Shown in pieces: positions 9,610 to 20,157 of a stretch of DNA of 64,000 bases. The stretch comes from a virus. The notes under the pieces are model-generated. The model made no database searches and had not been told where the DNA came from. It saw only the letters and a program-made list of their open reading frames with translations. The position numbers and the translations under genes were made by a program. Position 1 is the stretch's first letter. Every line of letters starts with the position of its first letter. The stretch is taken from IMG/VR virus record IMGVR_UViG_3300009509_000706, positions 3,466-67,465 of that record; one strand, 5' to 3'.

Positions 9610-10737
9610 ATGTGGGGTATTCCAGATACTCATTTGTCGTTAGAAGAATACTGGCAATTTTTGCAAATCGAGGAGTGCGCAGGTTACGGTATTCGTGGCC
9701 GCCCAGGAGAATTGACCGGTAAGGGCTGTGGCGATTATTGGAACCAGGACGAACGTTATTGGCTGGCCGAATCTATAGCCAAAGCAGAGAAGCGTCTGGA
9801 AAAAGACCGTCACTTAGGCTATCCCTTGCGGCGCAAATATTATGGCGCCGAGCTTTATGACTATGGCTGGCCTGTGATTCTGCGCCGGACATACGTGCGC
9901 GGCATAGGCGTCGAGGCCACGAGTGTCTTTGCGGCTGGCACGGCAATAACGCTTAGCCCCGGTGGGATCATTGCTGACCCCGTGACGGTAAGCGTAGCCG
10001 TTACTTTTACAGACGAGGATGAGTTAATTATCTATTATCCAGGCCAGACGAGATATACTATCCGTCCATCTTCGGTGACGATTTCAGGCGGCATAGCGAC
10101 TATTGAAATACCACGCTGTAGGCTATTGAAACCAGCCTATTTTATCAATTATACTGGCGCATTAGGTTATCAAGATACTGACCGCCCAGATTATAATACC
10201 GATAGCTATTTCTTGACTTCAGTTGACATTGCTCGTGATTATCTCAATACACAAACGGGCAGCAATCTCGTATGGCGACGTTACGAACCTATGATCTGTT
10301 GCTTGGGCGGCGGTGATGCGCATTGTGAGCCTACTACCCCATGTGGCGAGACTTTGCAATTGGCCTGTGGCTACGTGGTAGACCAGCGGCTAGGCGTGGC
10401 ACAATTCGAGCCTGCTACTTATAGCAGTGGATGGGTAAAGGCCAATTTTGCAGTTTCGCGTTGTCCAGATGCAATACAGACGAATTACATGGCTGGGCGC
10501 TGGGATCGCTATGAAGATATGGATGAGGACATAATTCGGGCCGTTATTGCCATAGCACATAACAATTTACCAGAAGATTATTGTGCTTGTGCTATGCAAG
10601 AGCGGTATTATAAACGTGATCGCAATCCTATCGAGGGCGGTGTTGTGCGTTTAGCATTAGGCCCTAGCACATGGGGCATTCTCGAAGCAAACGAGATAGT
10701 TCACGAAAATACCGTGATGAGAGGGATGTTTATGTGA
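9610..10737 (+). CDS. Putative head-tail adaptor/neck protein
   Basis: Position before tail genes; AESIAKAEKRLE..LGYPL and NYMAG...IIRAVIAIA resemble connector proteins. Confidence 0.5.
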   Translation: MWGIPDTHLSLEEYWQFLQIEECAGYGIRGRPGELTGKGCGDYWNQDERYWLAESIAKAEKRLEKDRHLGYPLRRKYYGAELYDYGWPVILRRTYVRGIGVEATSVFAAGTAITLSPGGIIADPVTVSVAVTFTDEDELIIYYPGQTRYTIRPSSVTISGGIATIEIPRCRLLKPAYFINYTGALGYQDTDRPDYNTDSYFLTSVDIARDYLNTQTGSNLVWRRYEPMICCLGGGDAHCEPTTPCGETLQLACGYVVDQRLGVAQFEPATYSSGWVKANFAVSRCPDAIQTNYMAGRWDRYEDMDEDIIRAVIAIAHNNLPEDYCACAMQERYYKRDRNPIEGGVVRLALGPSTWGILEANEIVHENTVMRGMFM

Positions 10738-11117
10738 TGATCGATGTTGAAGTAGTACAAATCACCCCCGGATGGGTAACAGTGCAATATGAAGATGGGG
10801 GATATTTGGAAAGAAAGATGATACCCTGGGAAGCCTTCCCGTGTTCAGAAAAAGGGCCTGCCCGCATCAGGCAAGAAACTCTGGCAATGGGAATGGATTA
10901 CAGCGATGTTTATTTAGAAGATTGCCTGGGGAAAGAATTACCGCCGATCCGCGTGCGTGACGTACAGGACGCCCTGAGAAGGGGTGGCCTGTGGCGACGT
11001 GAGGACTATCGCAATAGCTCGCAAATCGTTGCGGGCGTCGTTCAAAGGCTGCGGGGGGCCGATACGACAAGAATTGTCAATGCGGCCCTTTCTAGGCCAA
11101 AGGAGATTGAAGAATGA
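10737..11117 (+). CDS. Hypothetical protein (neck/tail region)
   Basis: Coupled ORF, TGATG overlap. Confidence 0.55.
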   Translation: MIDVEVVQITPGWVTVQYEDGGYLERKMIPWEAFPCSEKGPARIRQETLAMGMDYSDVYLEDCLGKELPPIRVRDVQDALRRGGLWRREDYRNSSQIVAGVVQRLRGADTTRIVNAALSRPKEIEE

Positions 11118-12574
11118 CAACGAGCAGTCAAAAATTATACTACGCGGGCGAGATCGCACTTTGGCTTCAGCGATCATGCGGTGATGAATTAGAATTTCTT
11201 GGTTGTCACAATATTACTGGTGTATCTGTGCCAAGAGGCGATCTTACACCATCTTATTGTCGTACCGATAAGCGCAAGTGGGAAGTGCAACGCTCTTATC
11301 GTGGCGTACCTGGCCTCGGCTCCATGACCATTCTTACTTATGACACTGTAGTAAATTTGTTGCAAGAGCTTCCATGTCCATTTAACCTATATGTGCTTTA
11401 TAGCGCGTGTGGCTCGGACGAAGACCCAACCAACTGGGATTTTGTGTATATCTATTACAATACTGAACCAACTAGCGAGGATATAGATACACTTGTTATC
11501 GGCATGACACCAGGTGACGAAACTGAGGTCAGGTTATCTATGCCTGCCAGTTTTCACAACCGCCTTAAGGTCAAGCGGCTCGAAGTTGCATCACGTGATG
11601 TAAGCGGTATCACGACCAATGACATCAACGACATCTTTTTTTGTGACCAGCCGGAATGCTCCGATCTGTGCGGCAATGAATCAATCGGTTGTCAAGTGGG
11701 TTATTTCGTCACTGATTCGGAAGGTGTAGCAGCTATCATTGGCAAAACAGTTAATGGCGGCACGACTTGGTCAGCAATCGCTACCCCATTTACGGTTGCT
11801 ACAGATGACATCGTTGCTGGTGACTGTGATGGCGATACTGTAATAGCGGTCAATGGCACAACCTCGGAATATGCTTACTCGTGGAATGCTGGCACGACTT
11901 GGGCAGTCGTTACTACACCTACTCAAGTTATGAACGATGTTTTCATGCTTGGCGCGACTAAGGCGTGGTTCTGTGGTCATAATGGATATATCTATTATTC
12001 AAATGACCGGGGCGCTACGGTAACGCTACAAGATGCTGGCGTAGCCACCGCGCAGAGCTTGAACATGATTGCATTTGCTGATGCTAATCGTGGCTATGCC
12101 GTGGGTGATAGCAATGCTTTCGTCTATACACGCGATGGCGGCGACACGTGGGTTGCTGGCACTGGCCCAGCGGCGGCTGTATTCCCCAATGATTTGTATG
12201 CTATAGCAGTTGTGCCAAATTCTGACATTTTGGTTATCACGGATGAAAGCGGCAATAAGTATCGCAGCGAAGATTACGGCCAGAACTGGACAACTATTTT
12301 CACGGCCAATACCAACACGGCGGGCGGCATTCCTGGCGTTGCCATGTGCGATTGTAATGTGATCGCTTTCGTATCAAATAACCAAGACCCTTACTTCTAC
12401 GCCAGCCCAACGGGCTATATGTACCAATCTATTGATGGCGGTGTAACCTGGACAGGAATCGAGTTGCCGCCTACCAATAATGGGCTACGGGCTATCACGT
12501 GTTGTGACGTTAATCAGTATTGGCTCGTCGGTGATGCTGGTTTCGTTGCCAAAGCGGCGGGGCCTGGCATATAA
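11114..12574 (+). CDS. Major tail tube-like protein with a C-terminal YCF48/BNR (Asp-box) beta-propeller
   Basis: AAGGAG RBS; directly upstream of chaperone and tape measure; repeats TVNGGTTW, SNDRGAT, TRDGGDTW, SEDYGQNW, SIDGGVTW. Confidence 0.7.
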   Translation: MTTSSQKLYYAGEIALWLQRSCGDELEFLGCHNITGVSVPRGDLTPSYCRTDKRKWEVQRSYRGVPGLGSMTILTYDTVVNLLQELPCPFNLYVLYSACGSDEDPTNWDFVYIYYNTEPTSEDIDTLVIGMTPGDETEVRLSMPASFHNRLKVKRLEVASRDVSGITTNDINDIFFCDQPECSDLCGNESIGCQVGYFVTDSEGVAAIIGKTVNGGTTWSAIATPFTVATDDIVAGDCDGDTVIAVNGTTSEYAYSWNAGTTWAVVTTPTQVMNDVFMLGATKAWFCGHNGYIYYSNDRGATVTLQDAGVATAQSLNMIAFADANRGYAVGDSNAFVYTRDGGDTWVAGTGPAAAVFPNDLYAIAVVPNSDILVITDESGNKYRSEDYGQNWTTIFTANTNTAGGIPGVAMCDCNVIAFVSNNQDPYFYASPTGYMYQSIDGGVTWTGIELPPTNNGLRAITCCDVNQYWLVGDAGFVAKAAGPGI

Positions 12575-12599
12575 CTATACAAACAAAAAGAGGTAGAAA

Positions 12600-13226
12600 A
12601 TGATTGTCGGAAGCACGAATTATCGTGATGAGACTATGAGTACAGGTATTACTGTTCGCGTCTATCCCGTTTCTGATGATATTGTCTGGCGCATGATTCC
12701 AGCGCATGAACCAAAGCCGAAAGTGCCAGTTCACGAGATGGAAACAAAAACTGGCGCTCAGAAGCGCATAGCTAAAGAAGGTGATCCAGAATGGGCAGCA
12801 TATCAACACCAGCTTGAAGATTGGCAAGAATGCCAAGATCAATTGCGCAATGATGCACGGCTCGTGGCTTGTCTCGATGGTGAACAAAAAGACTTTGCAT
12901 TGCCAGAGAAAGTAACGCCTGGCGACTTGCCTTTCATCACACGGATCGCTATAGAAGACGGGCAGCTTGAATGGCCTGAATATCGTATCGGCCAATATGC
13001 CTTATGGCTGAAATCTTACGTCGTCAAATCACAAGATGACATGGAAAAGGTATTAAATGCTAGCTATCTGGCAGGCGGCATGGATGAGGGGCTGGTAGAA
13101 GCCATGAGGGATCGATTTCGCCGTGACTTACGAAGTGGTTTACTTGGGGAAGTGGCCCGTGCTGAAAATCAAGTACAGCCAGTTTTACCGGAAGGCGAAG
13201 TCGGCCCTGAAGGCCGGCCTGATTGA
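12600..13226 (+). CDS. Tail assembly chaperone (gpG-like)
   Basis: Between tail tube and tape measure; overlapped by a second-frame ORF. Confidence 0.65.
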   Translation: MIVGSTNYRDETMSTGITVRVYPVSDDIVWRMIPAHEPKPKVPVHEMETKTGAQKRIAKEGDPEWAAYQHQLEDWQECQDQLRNDARLVACLDGEQKDFALPEKVTPGDLPFITRIAIEDGQLEWPEYRIGQYALWLKSYVVKSQDDMEKVLNASYLAGGMDEGLVEAMRDRFRRDLRSGLLGEVARAENQVQPVLPEGEVGPEGRPD

Positions 13227-13344
13227 TCGTTTCTTTGGTTTAGACCCCTGGACACAAGCTCTAATAATCGCTACAGTAGAGCAAGAAGAAGAAACCGAAC
13301 GGCGCGAGACAGAAATTGCCAATATGCCACCACGCGAGGTATAG
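13117..13344 (+). CDS. gpT-like frameshift extension of the tail chaperone
   Basis: +1 frame is open from 13108; candidate slip site CGA TTT CGC at 13113-13121. Confidence 0.55.
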   Translation, partial: FAVTYEVVYLGKWPVLKIKYSQFYRKAKSALKAGLIDRFFGLDPWTQALIIATVEQEEETERRETEIANMPPREV

Positions 13345-13348
13345 GGCT

Positions 13349-13849
13349 ATGCCTGTAGTAATGATTATACCTGAGCCGATAAAAATACGAGATGTGCGGG
13401 CGGCAATAGATGCTGGACTCATAAAGGCCAATATTATCATCACGGTAGCTGATATGGATGAGGTAACGGCCACATGGGGAGAAAACGAAAAACCAGCATG
13501 GGAAGCTATTGGGCCGCGCACTTTAAAAGATGGCAGGGCGATAGATTATAAAACCAGCGATACCCCATTTTTATGGGTAAACGATGGCACGAAAGGCCCC
13601 TACCCTATCCCAAAATCAGGCCCGCATCCCAAAGGATTGGGGCCTTTTCAGGTTGAATATATTCCAAAGACACAACCAAAAACTTTGCAAAGCGGCCCTG
13701 GTGGGCGTTTTGGCACGTTTATAAGTCCAAAGCGCGTTATGCATCCTGGCATAGAAGGTAGAGAATTCACCACGATAAGTGCGCTGCGAGCCGAGGAGCG
13801 GTTGGGCGGAATAATGCAACAACAGATAAACGCAGTATGGAGCTTGTAA
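13349..13849 (+). CDS. HK97 gp10-like tail completion protein
   Basis: WVNDGT.GPYPI and KRVMHPG..GREF motifs. Confidence 0.55.
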   Translation: MPVVMIIPEPIKIRDVRAAIDAGLIKANIIITVADMDEVTATWGENEKPAWEAIGPRTLKDGRAIDYKTSDTPFLWVNDGTKGPYPIPKSGPHPKGLGPFQVEYIPKTQPKTLQSGPGGRFGTFISPKRVMHPGIEGREFTTISALRAEERLGGIMQQQINAVWSL

Positions 13850-13850
13850 C

Positions 13851-16538
13851 TTGGCATTAAAAGAAGCTGGCGTAAGGCTGATTGCTCAAAACTTTCAAGA
13901 ATACATGCGACAAATGGGCCAAATTAACAAGGCTCACAAAACAGCCTTTAGCCAGACAGATAATATCCGCAAGCAAAATAGTGAAGTAGCCAAAAGTAGC
14001 AAAGAAGCTGGTGGCCTATCATCTGTCATGGGGGCTTTGAATCTCAAAACATTGGGCGCTGCTGGGGCCATCGCCATAATCACCAAAGGTGTGATAAGCC
14101 TCACCAAGTCTATGATACAACTCGCCAAAGAGAGTGCCTTAATTGCGGCTAGAAATGAAACGCTTGGCGTCGTGCTTGAACAGGTCGGAGATAATGCTGG
14201 CTATACTGCGCAGCAGATTTCCTTCGCTGAAGCCTCTGTAAAGAAAATGGGTATCACAACCTCGGCGGCCAGGCAATCTTTGGTAAAAATGGCACAAGCT
14301 AATATCGAATGGGCACAAGCCTCAGAACTTGCCCGCATTGCTCAGGATGCGGCAGTTATCGCCAATACCGATAGCTCACAAGCCTTCGAGACGATGGTAT
14401 TTGCTATTCAATCGGGCAGTGTGCGGATGCTGCGCACGCTCGGTATCAATGTTAGCTTTCAGCAAGCCTACGATAAAATGGCAAAGACACTTGGCACGAC
14501 TTCTGAAGCCCTGACAGAACAGCAAAAAGTACAGGCGCGAGTTAATGCAGTCGTAGAGCGTGGTAGTGACATCGCTGGGGCTTACGAGGCCGCAATGGGT
14601 ACAGTCGGCAAGCAAATGTCTTCTTTGACGCGCCTCGAAGAAGAAGCGAAGGCACAACTTGGCGAATTTACCAAGTTTGCATTGGCTGCTAGAGTAGAAT
14701 TACAAACAGGGCTACTAAAAGCTGCAAATGCGGCGGGGCAAGGTTTTAGTGGGCTTGGGATGTTAATCAATCATGCCTGGCAAGAATCTGTCAAGATGCG
14801 TCAAAAGGTGGGTGAATTAGCCGAAAGCTGGTTGCAGGCACAAGGCTGGTTGAAAGAAGGCCAGACAATTCTTGACGGTCTGGCAGAGCGTATGTTCACC
14901 TTCAGCAAGGGTGTGTTCATCGTCGTGGCTGGCCTGCAAGCCTCAGTACAGACCTTTCTTGATTTCAGGCAAGTAATAAACGATGTTGTGGCCGCGTTGA
15001 TCAAATCTTCTCCGGGCTTCCAAAAGTTCGTTGGTGGCTTGATTGCTATTCGAGATGTTGCCCAGAGTACCATTCGTACATTGTCTGGCCTCGTAGGCGG
15101 TCAGCGGGCGCAATTGATAGACGAGGAATCAGCGAGAGAACAGGAAAAAACTATCACAGGGCTTGGCAAGACCTTCGAGGAAAATTTCAAAGAGCGCATG
15201 GAAGATTTGGTAAATACTTTCCCATTTCTTAATCAATCTTGGGATGAATTCAAGACGACTGCCGAGGTTTCTCTAGATCGGGGTACTGAGGCTATACAAC
15301 GCCAGATCGCAGCCTTGAAACAGCAGCAAGCACAACTTGAAGCCAGTGCAGAAGCCTTGCGCAAGGTAGAGGATATACAGCTTCGTTTCCAGCGGGCGGT
15401 TGCCGATGAAAATAGACGCTATGCCAAAGAGCAAGCAGACTTTGCTAGAGAAACAGCTAAAAAGCGTGAAGATTTACAGCGCAAGTTAAGCAAAGATTTG
15501 CAGAATCTAGAACGCGATGCGGCCAAGAGGGAAGCTGAAATTATCGCCGATGCCAGCCGCAAGCGCGTCGAGGATGAAAAGAAACGCAATCTAGAACTTG
15601 AACAAGAACGACGCCGTTTTGAATTGGCACAAATGCAGTCTTTGCGCCGTTTCCAGCTTGACGAACGACGCCTTGCTGCCGAGGGTGATATACTCGGCCT
15701 GATCCGCTTACGTGAGGACTTTGCATTACAGCAGCAGGAGGAACGAGAGAATAGAGACCTTGAGTTAAGAGAACAGGCCGAACAAGAGCGCCAAAGGCAA
15801 CAGCAAGAACAGCAAGATATACAACGGCGGCTTGAGGATTTACGGCGCGAAGTGGAAGAACGGCGACAAGAGATATTTTCTCAACACGCCGAGGAACTGG
15901 CAGAGTTTCAGCGTTCAAACGAGGAAAAGCGGGCCGAAATGCAACGTTCCCACCAAGAGCGCCTGGAAGATGCGCAGCGGGCGCGTAATGAATCGTTACA
16001 AGATTTAGGCCGCGCCTTACAAGAGGAACAAAAGTTAACTCAAGAGGGGATGCAAGCCGTTGCTGCTGAAATTGCCAAAGTATTTGGCGACCAGGGTGCG
16101 GCGGATGCGCTGATTCAGGGATGGTCAGATCGCTCTCAAAGCGTCATGGCCCAAACTTTGACTGCCTATCAAGAGCGATTGTTAGAGCTTGCGCGTGCAA
16201 TAGAGGCGCTGGAAAGCGGTGAAACTATACCATCACCTACTGCCGGGGCTATCCCTTCCCGCCGACCACGCCGTCCTGATCGCGTCTTTAGAATGCAACA
16301 CGGCGGGTCTGGCGTAGTAACAGGCCCAGCTACTTTCGAGGTAGAGCCAGGAATCACGGAGGCTTTCAGTTTTAGGCCGGTACGGGCCAGAAACACACTC
16401 GACGTGAATTTTAATACACTTAATGTTGCAGGGCTTGAGGGGGCCAGTCCGGGTGTTGTAGATGCGGCGGTTGAGAAAATGTGGCAGACTATGCAAGAGG
16501 CAGTTGATCGCCTATCGCTCAGGAAAGGACGTGGTTAA
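13851..16538 (+). CDS. Tape measure protein
   Basis: 895 aa, Ala-rich helical N-terminal half, long charged coiled coil, MQHGGSGVVTGP C-terminal motif. Confidence 0.9.
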   Translation: MALKEAGVRLIAQNFQEYMRQMGQINKAHKTAFSQTDNIRKQNSEVAKSSKEAGGLSSVMGALNLKTLGAAGAIAIITKGVISLTKSMIQLAKESALIAARNETLGVVLEQVGDNAGYTAQQISFAEASVKKMGITTSAARQSLVKMAQANIEWAQASELARIAQDAAVIANTDSSQAFETMVFAIQSGSVRMLRTLGINVSFQQAYDKMAKTLGTTSEALTEQQKVQARVNAVVERGSDIAGAYEAAMGTVGKQMSSLTRLEEEAKAQLGEFTKFALAARVELQTGLLKAANAAGQGFSGLGMLINHAWQESVKMRQKVGELAESWLQAQGWLKEGQTILDGLAERMFTFSKGVFIVVAGLQASVQTFLDFRQVINDVVAALIKSSPGFQKFVGGLIAIRDVAQSTIRTLSGLVGGQRAQLIDEESAREQEKTITGLGKTFEENFKERMEDLVNTFPFLNQSWDEFKTTAEVSLDRGTEAIQRQIAALKQQQAQLEASAEALRKVEDIQLRFQRAVADENRRYAKEQADFARETAKKREDLQRKLSKDLQNLERDAAKREAEIIADASRKRVEDEKKRNLELEQERRRFELAQMQSLRRFQLDERRLAAEGDILGLIRLREDFALQQQEERENRDLELREQAEQERQRQQQEQQDIQRRLEDLRREVEERRQEIFSQHAEELAEFQRSNEEKRAEMQRSHQERLEDAQRARNESLQDLGRALQEEQKLTQEGMQAVAAEIAKVFGDQGAADALIQGWSDRSQSVMAQTLTAYQERLLELARAIEALESGETIPSPTAGAIPSRRPRRPDRVFRMQHGGSGVVTGPATFEVEPGITEAFSFRPVRARNTLDVNFNTLNVAGLEGASPGVVDAAVEKMWQTMQEAVDRLSLRKGRG

Positions 16539-16930
16539 TGAGTCTGGCTGGTTCTTATGTGCTTCAAGATGCAACGGAGGCATACGAATTTCCAGTGCCA
16601 CAAACGGTATGGAATGAACAGCCGCTTGGTGACGGACTTGATGGTATACCAGCGTTGGATGCTTATCGTATCCATACTTGGCGCTGGACGACTCTCTCTC
16701 AAGATGAAATGTCAAAACTAACCGCATTTCAAACGAGGCAGCAAAATGGCACTTCTAGCTGGTTATATGTCGAGACCGAACCCTACGATCCAGCGTGCAA
16801 TACTTCGCGCTACGGCACGGTAACTTATACCGATGCTAAAATCAAAAGTGTTACCAGAGATCGCGGCTTTCCAAATTACGAGAATGTTACCATCACCTTT
16901 GAAATATTGGTAACGGGGGCAGAAACATAG
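16538..16930 (+). CDS. Putative distal tail protein
   Basis: First gene after tape measure, 130 aa. Confidence 0.5.
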   Translation: MSLAGSYVLQDATEAYEFPVPQTVWNEQPLGDGLDGIPALDAYRIHTWRWTTLSQDEMSKLTAFQTRQQNGTSSWLYVETEPYDPACNTSRYGTVTYTDAKIKSVTRDRGFPNYENVTITFEILVTGAET

Positions 16931-19092
16931 TGGCAATACCAGCGGGGCGTATAGACGACAAAGTACATGCAGCAAGGTTTAGGGCTAAGGCTGGTTTAAT
17001 CATTAGCTTCGAGCCAAATTATTGTCCAATCGGTATAGATTATCTGGACGTTGATTTTTCACCTGTGCCGATATTTGACCTAGCTAATGTCCATGTTTGT
17101 GAGGATGTTGACGTGGCATGGGATGCTACGTCATCTTATAGTCCATTCGATACATTGGTCGGGCCGCCGCCTGCTGGCACGACTTGGCATGTTGACTGGG
17201 GAGATGGTAATACTTCGAGTGGCAATAACATTGCAACGGCTAGCGGCAATTATGGCGCAGCAGCGAACGAGTGGGATTTAGGCGCTGCCGATGCGCCAGA
17301 AGATGGTGTGTATACCATCACTTTTACCTTGACGGACGATAATGGTTTACAAACGGTCATAGAACGTCAAATACAAGTTATTCAGTGCGTGGGACTTTTT
17401 GCTGGTATAGCAGGACTTGGCGGCGGTGATGGGCCTTATGTTGCTCCTGGTGCTGGTACAGATGATTGGATAGCGGGGCCTGGCGATCTGGACGGCAATT
17501 TGTTAAATGTTAACGCCGTTTTGGAAGATGACTCGAATAGCGGCTTCTGGATTGCCACAGATGGCGGCATAGCTTATAGCGGCGATAACGGCCAACATTG
17601 GAAGCGCATAGAAAATAGTGCGCCGCCAAACTCTTGGAATGATGGCGTTGCCCCTATAGGCTCAGATGTTCGTTATATCGGTATCGTGCAAAGCAAGGGC
17701 AATGCCAACCAGCTTTTTGCCCTGGCTCGCTGGCAAGAGGCAGGGGGCAATTGGCGCAGTGCGATCCGTTATTCATTCGATAAGGGCCAAACTTGGACAT
17801 GGCATAATCTAGGCGGAAATCACGGTCTAGCAGCAGCAAATTGGGGCTATCCCTACTCATTCGTGCAAGATTCCTGGTGCTGGAGCGATAACCCAGGAGT
17901 CGGTATAAACAGACAACAGCCTTCAAAACATGAGCATATTGATACGGCTAATGTCACACAAGCAGCGGGCGAGGGCGGCGCAAGAATAACATGGAGTTAT
18001 AATAAAGTCAACACGGATTCAATTCTACAAACGTTCGTTATAGACTTGGGTGTCTATATCGTTCTGAGTAACGTTACACAAATAGGCGGTATCAATTGCC
18101 AGGGCAGGACAGGAGATTGTACCGATACCATGACGTGGGTTGTCACTATACCATTGGTCGATCTAAGTACGGCGACACTTAATCCGCAAACAGGACATGG
18201 CCCTGACTCATGTCCGATCACTGGCAGCTCACAACTTTTGCTATGGGATTCTGCTGTAGTAGGTTATCCACCAGACAATGTAACACGAACGGCACTTGCA
18301 CACTTACCTTTGGAAATTTTTAGATATGCAGTTGTAACATTTAGTCACACCCCACAATTCTACACGGGCCAGGGTTACAACGAGCTTCTTTTCCAATGGT
18401 TTCAATTCTATCCTCACGTCGTTTACGATGAAGTATACGTCATCGGTGCTGATACCTCACAGGATGGGCAATATCTACACGTGACGACGTGGGAAGGCGA
18501 GGCATTGAGACACCGTATTTACGAGCTTTCAGAAGACAGTTTCAGGTTGCTAGGTGTAGTTAGTCTTGGTGGAGCGACCCTCGCCCAGGTACAGGCGCGG
18601 ACGTATTGGGCCAAGCCGTTTTGCCCGAATGGCTATACAGGTAGCGTGGTAGACAAGGTTTATATCTATGGCCGGATGAACCACCCCACTCTAGGCATTG
18701 CACAACTCATAGAATCTGATAATAGAGGCGAAACGATTGCTGACTTGAGTGATGGAACCTGGACGACAGAATGGATCGGCGCAATGGAGATCGATCCGTT
18801 ATACCCTGACACTATCTATGTTTGCTTAAACAGCGGCGCATCTAGAATGTGGATTAGTGATGACGGTGGGACGGCGTGGTCTAACGTGAGCGCCCTCGGC
18901 TTTCAAGTAGAGACGATGGATTTAAATCCTGATTTTGAATTTGAAATTATCATCGGCAATCGTGCAGCAGCAGCTAATCCGATAAAGTATTCTATGGATG
19001 ATGGCCTGTCTTGGTTTACCGTTTCTACAGGTCTGCCCGCCGCGCCCGCTGGTGGCATAGGTGGGATATATCTGATTAGTGAGAGAGTATAA
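16930..19092 (+). CDS. Tail tip protein with PKD-like domain and Asp-box propeller
   Basis: WHVDWGDG...GVYTITFTLTDDNG (PKD); SGDNGQHW, SFDKGQTW, SDDGGTAW, SMDDGLSW. Confidence 0.7.
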   Translation: MAIPAGRIDDKVHAARFRAKAGLIISFEPNYCPIGIDYLDVDFSPVPIFDLANVHVCEDVDVAWDATSSYSPFDTLVGPPPAGTTWHVDWGDGNTSSGNNIATASGNYGAAANEWDLGAADAPEDGVYTITFTLTDDNGLQTVIERQIQVIQCVGLFAGIAGLGGGDGPYVAPGAGTDDWIAGPGDLDGNLLNVNAVLEDDSNSGFWIATDGGIAYSGDNGQHWKRIENSAPPNSWNDGVAPIGSDVRYIGIVQSKGNANQLFALARWQEAGGNWRSAIRYSFDKGQTWTWHNLGGNHGLAAANWGYPYSFVQDSWCWSDNPGVGINRQQPSKHEHIDTANVTQAAGEGGARITWSYNKVNTDSILQTFVIDLGVYIVLSNVTQIGGINCQGRTGDCTDTMTWVVTIPLVDLSTATLNPQTGHGPDSCPITGSSQLLLWDSAVVGYPPDNVTRTALAHLPLEIFRYAVVTFSHTPQFYTGQGYNELLFQWFQFYPHVVYDEVYVIGADTSQDGQYLHVTTWEGEALRHRIYELSEDSFRLLGVVSLGGATLAQVQARTYWAKPFCPNGYTGSVVDKVYIYGRMNHPTLGIAQLIESDNRGETIADLSDGTWTTEWIGAMEIDPLYPDTIYVCLNSGASRMWISDDGGTAWSNVSALGFQVETMDLNPDFEFEIIIGNRAAAANPIKYSMDDGLSWFTVSTGLPAAPAGGIGGIYLISERV

Positions 19093-19095
19093 TGC

Positions 19096-20157
19096 ATGGC
19101 AGGTTTTGAGTGGTTAAACGATCTTGAAGTTTCAAACATCGTCGGCGATGGGGAAGCTGGCGGATATTCGGCCAGCTTTTCTTTCTATAACGACCAGGCC
19201 GCACCGCAACTTATGCGTCAGATTGAATTTTATCATCGCAACTTTAGCCGAGTAACCTGGGAAGCCGCCGACAGACTTGCATTTCGTGGCGTCTTGACAC
19301 CACAATCATTAGATGCCAGCCGTTCAGCTTCGCGCGTTACAGCTATTGCCCATACTTATCATCACCCATTAGGACAGATACCCCTTTCTGGATGTTCGTT
19401 CGAGAATAGTGCCGCAGGCGCCCATAATCACCAAATCAACGGCTTGAACTTGGGAAAGGTTATTGAGCATTTGTCAACCGAACATGTAACGATAACAGGC
19501 GGCATAGATATTTCACAGGTTGAAACGACGAGTTGGGCCGATCCTGGGGCGACAGATGGTACATCGCCACTCACTGTTTACGTCGTGCGCGAAAGTGCGT
19601 CGTTGTGGCAAGCTATGCGTAATGTGGCGGATGACGAATTTTTCATATTGTACTTTGATCGGCTGAACAGACTCGTTTATAAACAGCATCCACAATTTGC
19701 ATCTACCACGCCATCTGTAGTTGCTGAATTGGATAATACTATTTTATTGTCTCCCTACCGAGTAGACTATCGCACTGAACCTGGACCGCGCAATGTCATG
19801 ATTCTGGGATTAACCAGTAATTTTACAGTGCTTGAATCAACTTATCCCGCAGGGGCGGGTGTTGACGTGCGGGGGCAAAGATTTGAGATTCGTTGTGAGA
19901 GCCAAGCACGTCTCGATGCGTTAGCTTACAGGATGTACAATTGGCTCAATAGAGATTACACGGCGACCATTGCATTGCCAGGGGCATGGCCCTTTGAGCT
20001 TTACGATCACGTAGAGCTTACTCTGTCTGGCACAGCGACAAATGGCGTTACATTTTCGTGGTCAGAAAAGAGCTTTTATGTGAGGCGTGTTGAATACCGT
20101 AAAGTACAAACTTTTGGCTGGGTAACAACTTTGACGCTTGATGAGGCAATGGTATGA
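19096..20157 (+). CDS. Tail hub/baseplate-like protein
   Basis: SLWQAMRNVADDEFFILYFDRLNRLVY and FYVRRVEY...TTLTL hub-like patterns. Confidence 0.55.
   Translation: MAGFEWLNDLEVSNIVGDGEAGGYSASFSFYNDQAAPQLMRQIEFYHRNFSRVTWEAADRLAFRGVLTPQSLDASRSASRVTAIAHTYHHPLGQIPLSGCSFENSAAGAHNHQINGLNLGKVIEHLSTEHVTITGGIDISQVETTSWADPGATDGTSPLTVYVVRESASLWQAMRNVADDEFFILYFDRLNRLVYKQHPQFASTTPSVVAELDNTILLSPYRVDYRTEPGPRNVMILGLTSNFTVLESTYPAGAGVDVRGQRFEIRCESQARLDALAYRMYNWLNRDYTATIALPGAWPFELYDHVELTLSGTATNGVTFSWSEKSFYVRRVEYRKVQTFGWVTTLTLDEAMV

Noticed and set aside
15300-16050. Repetitive Glu/Arg/Gln-rich sequence as a DNA repeat
   Set aside because: Explained by the tape measure coiled coil
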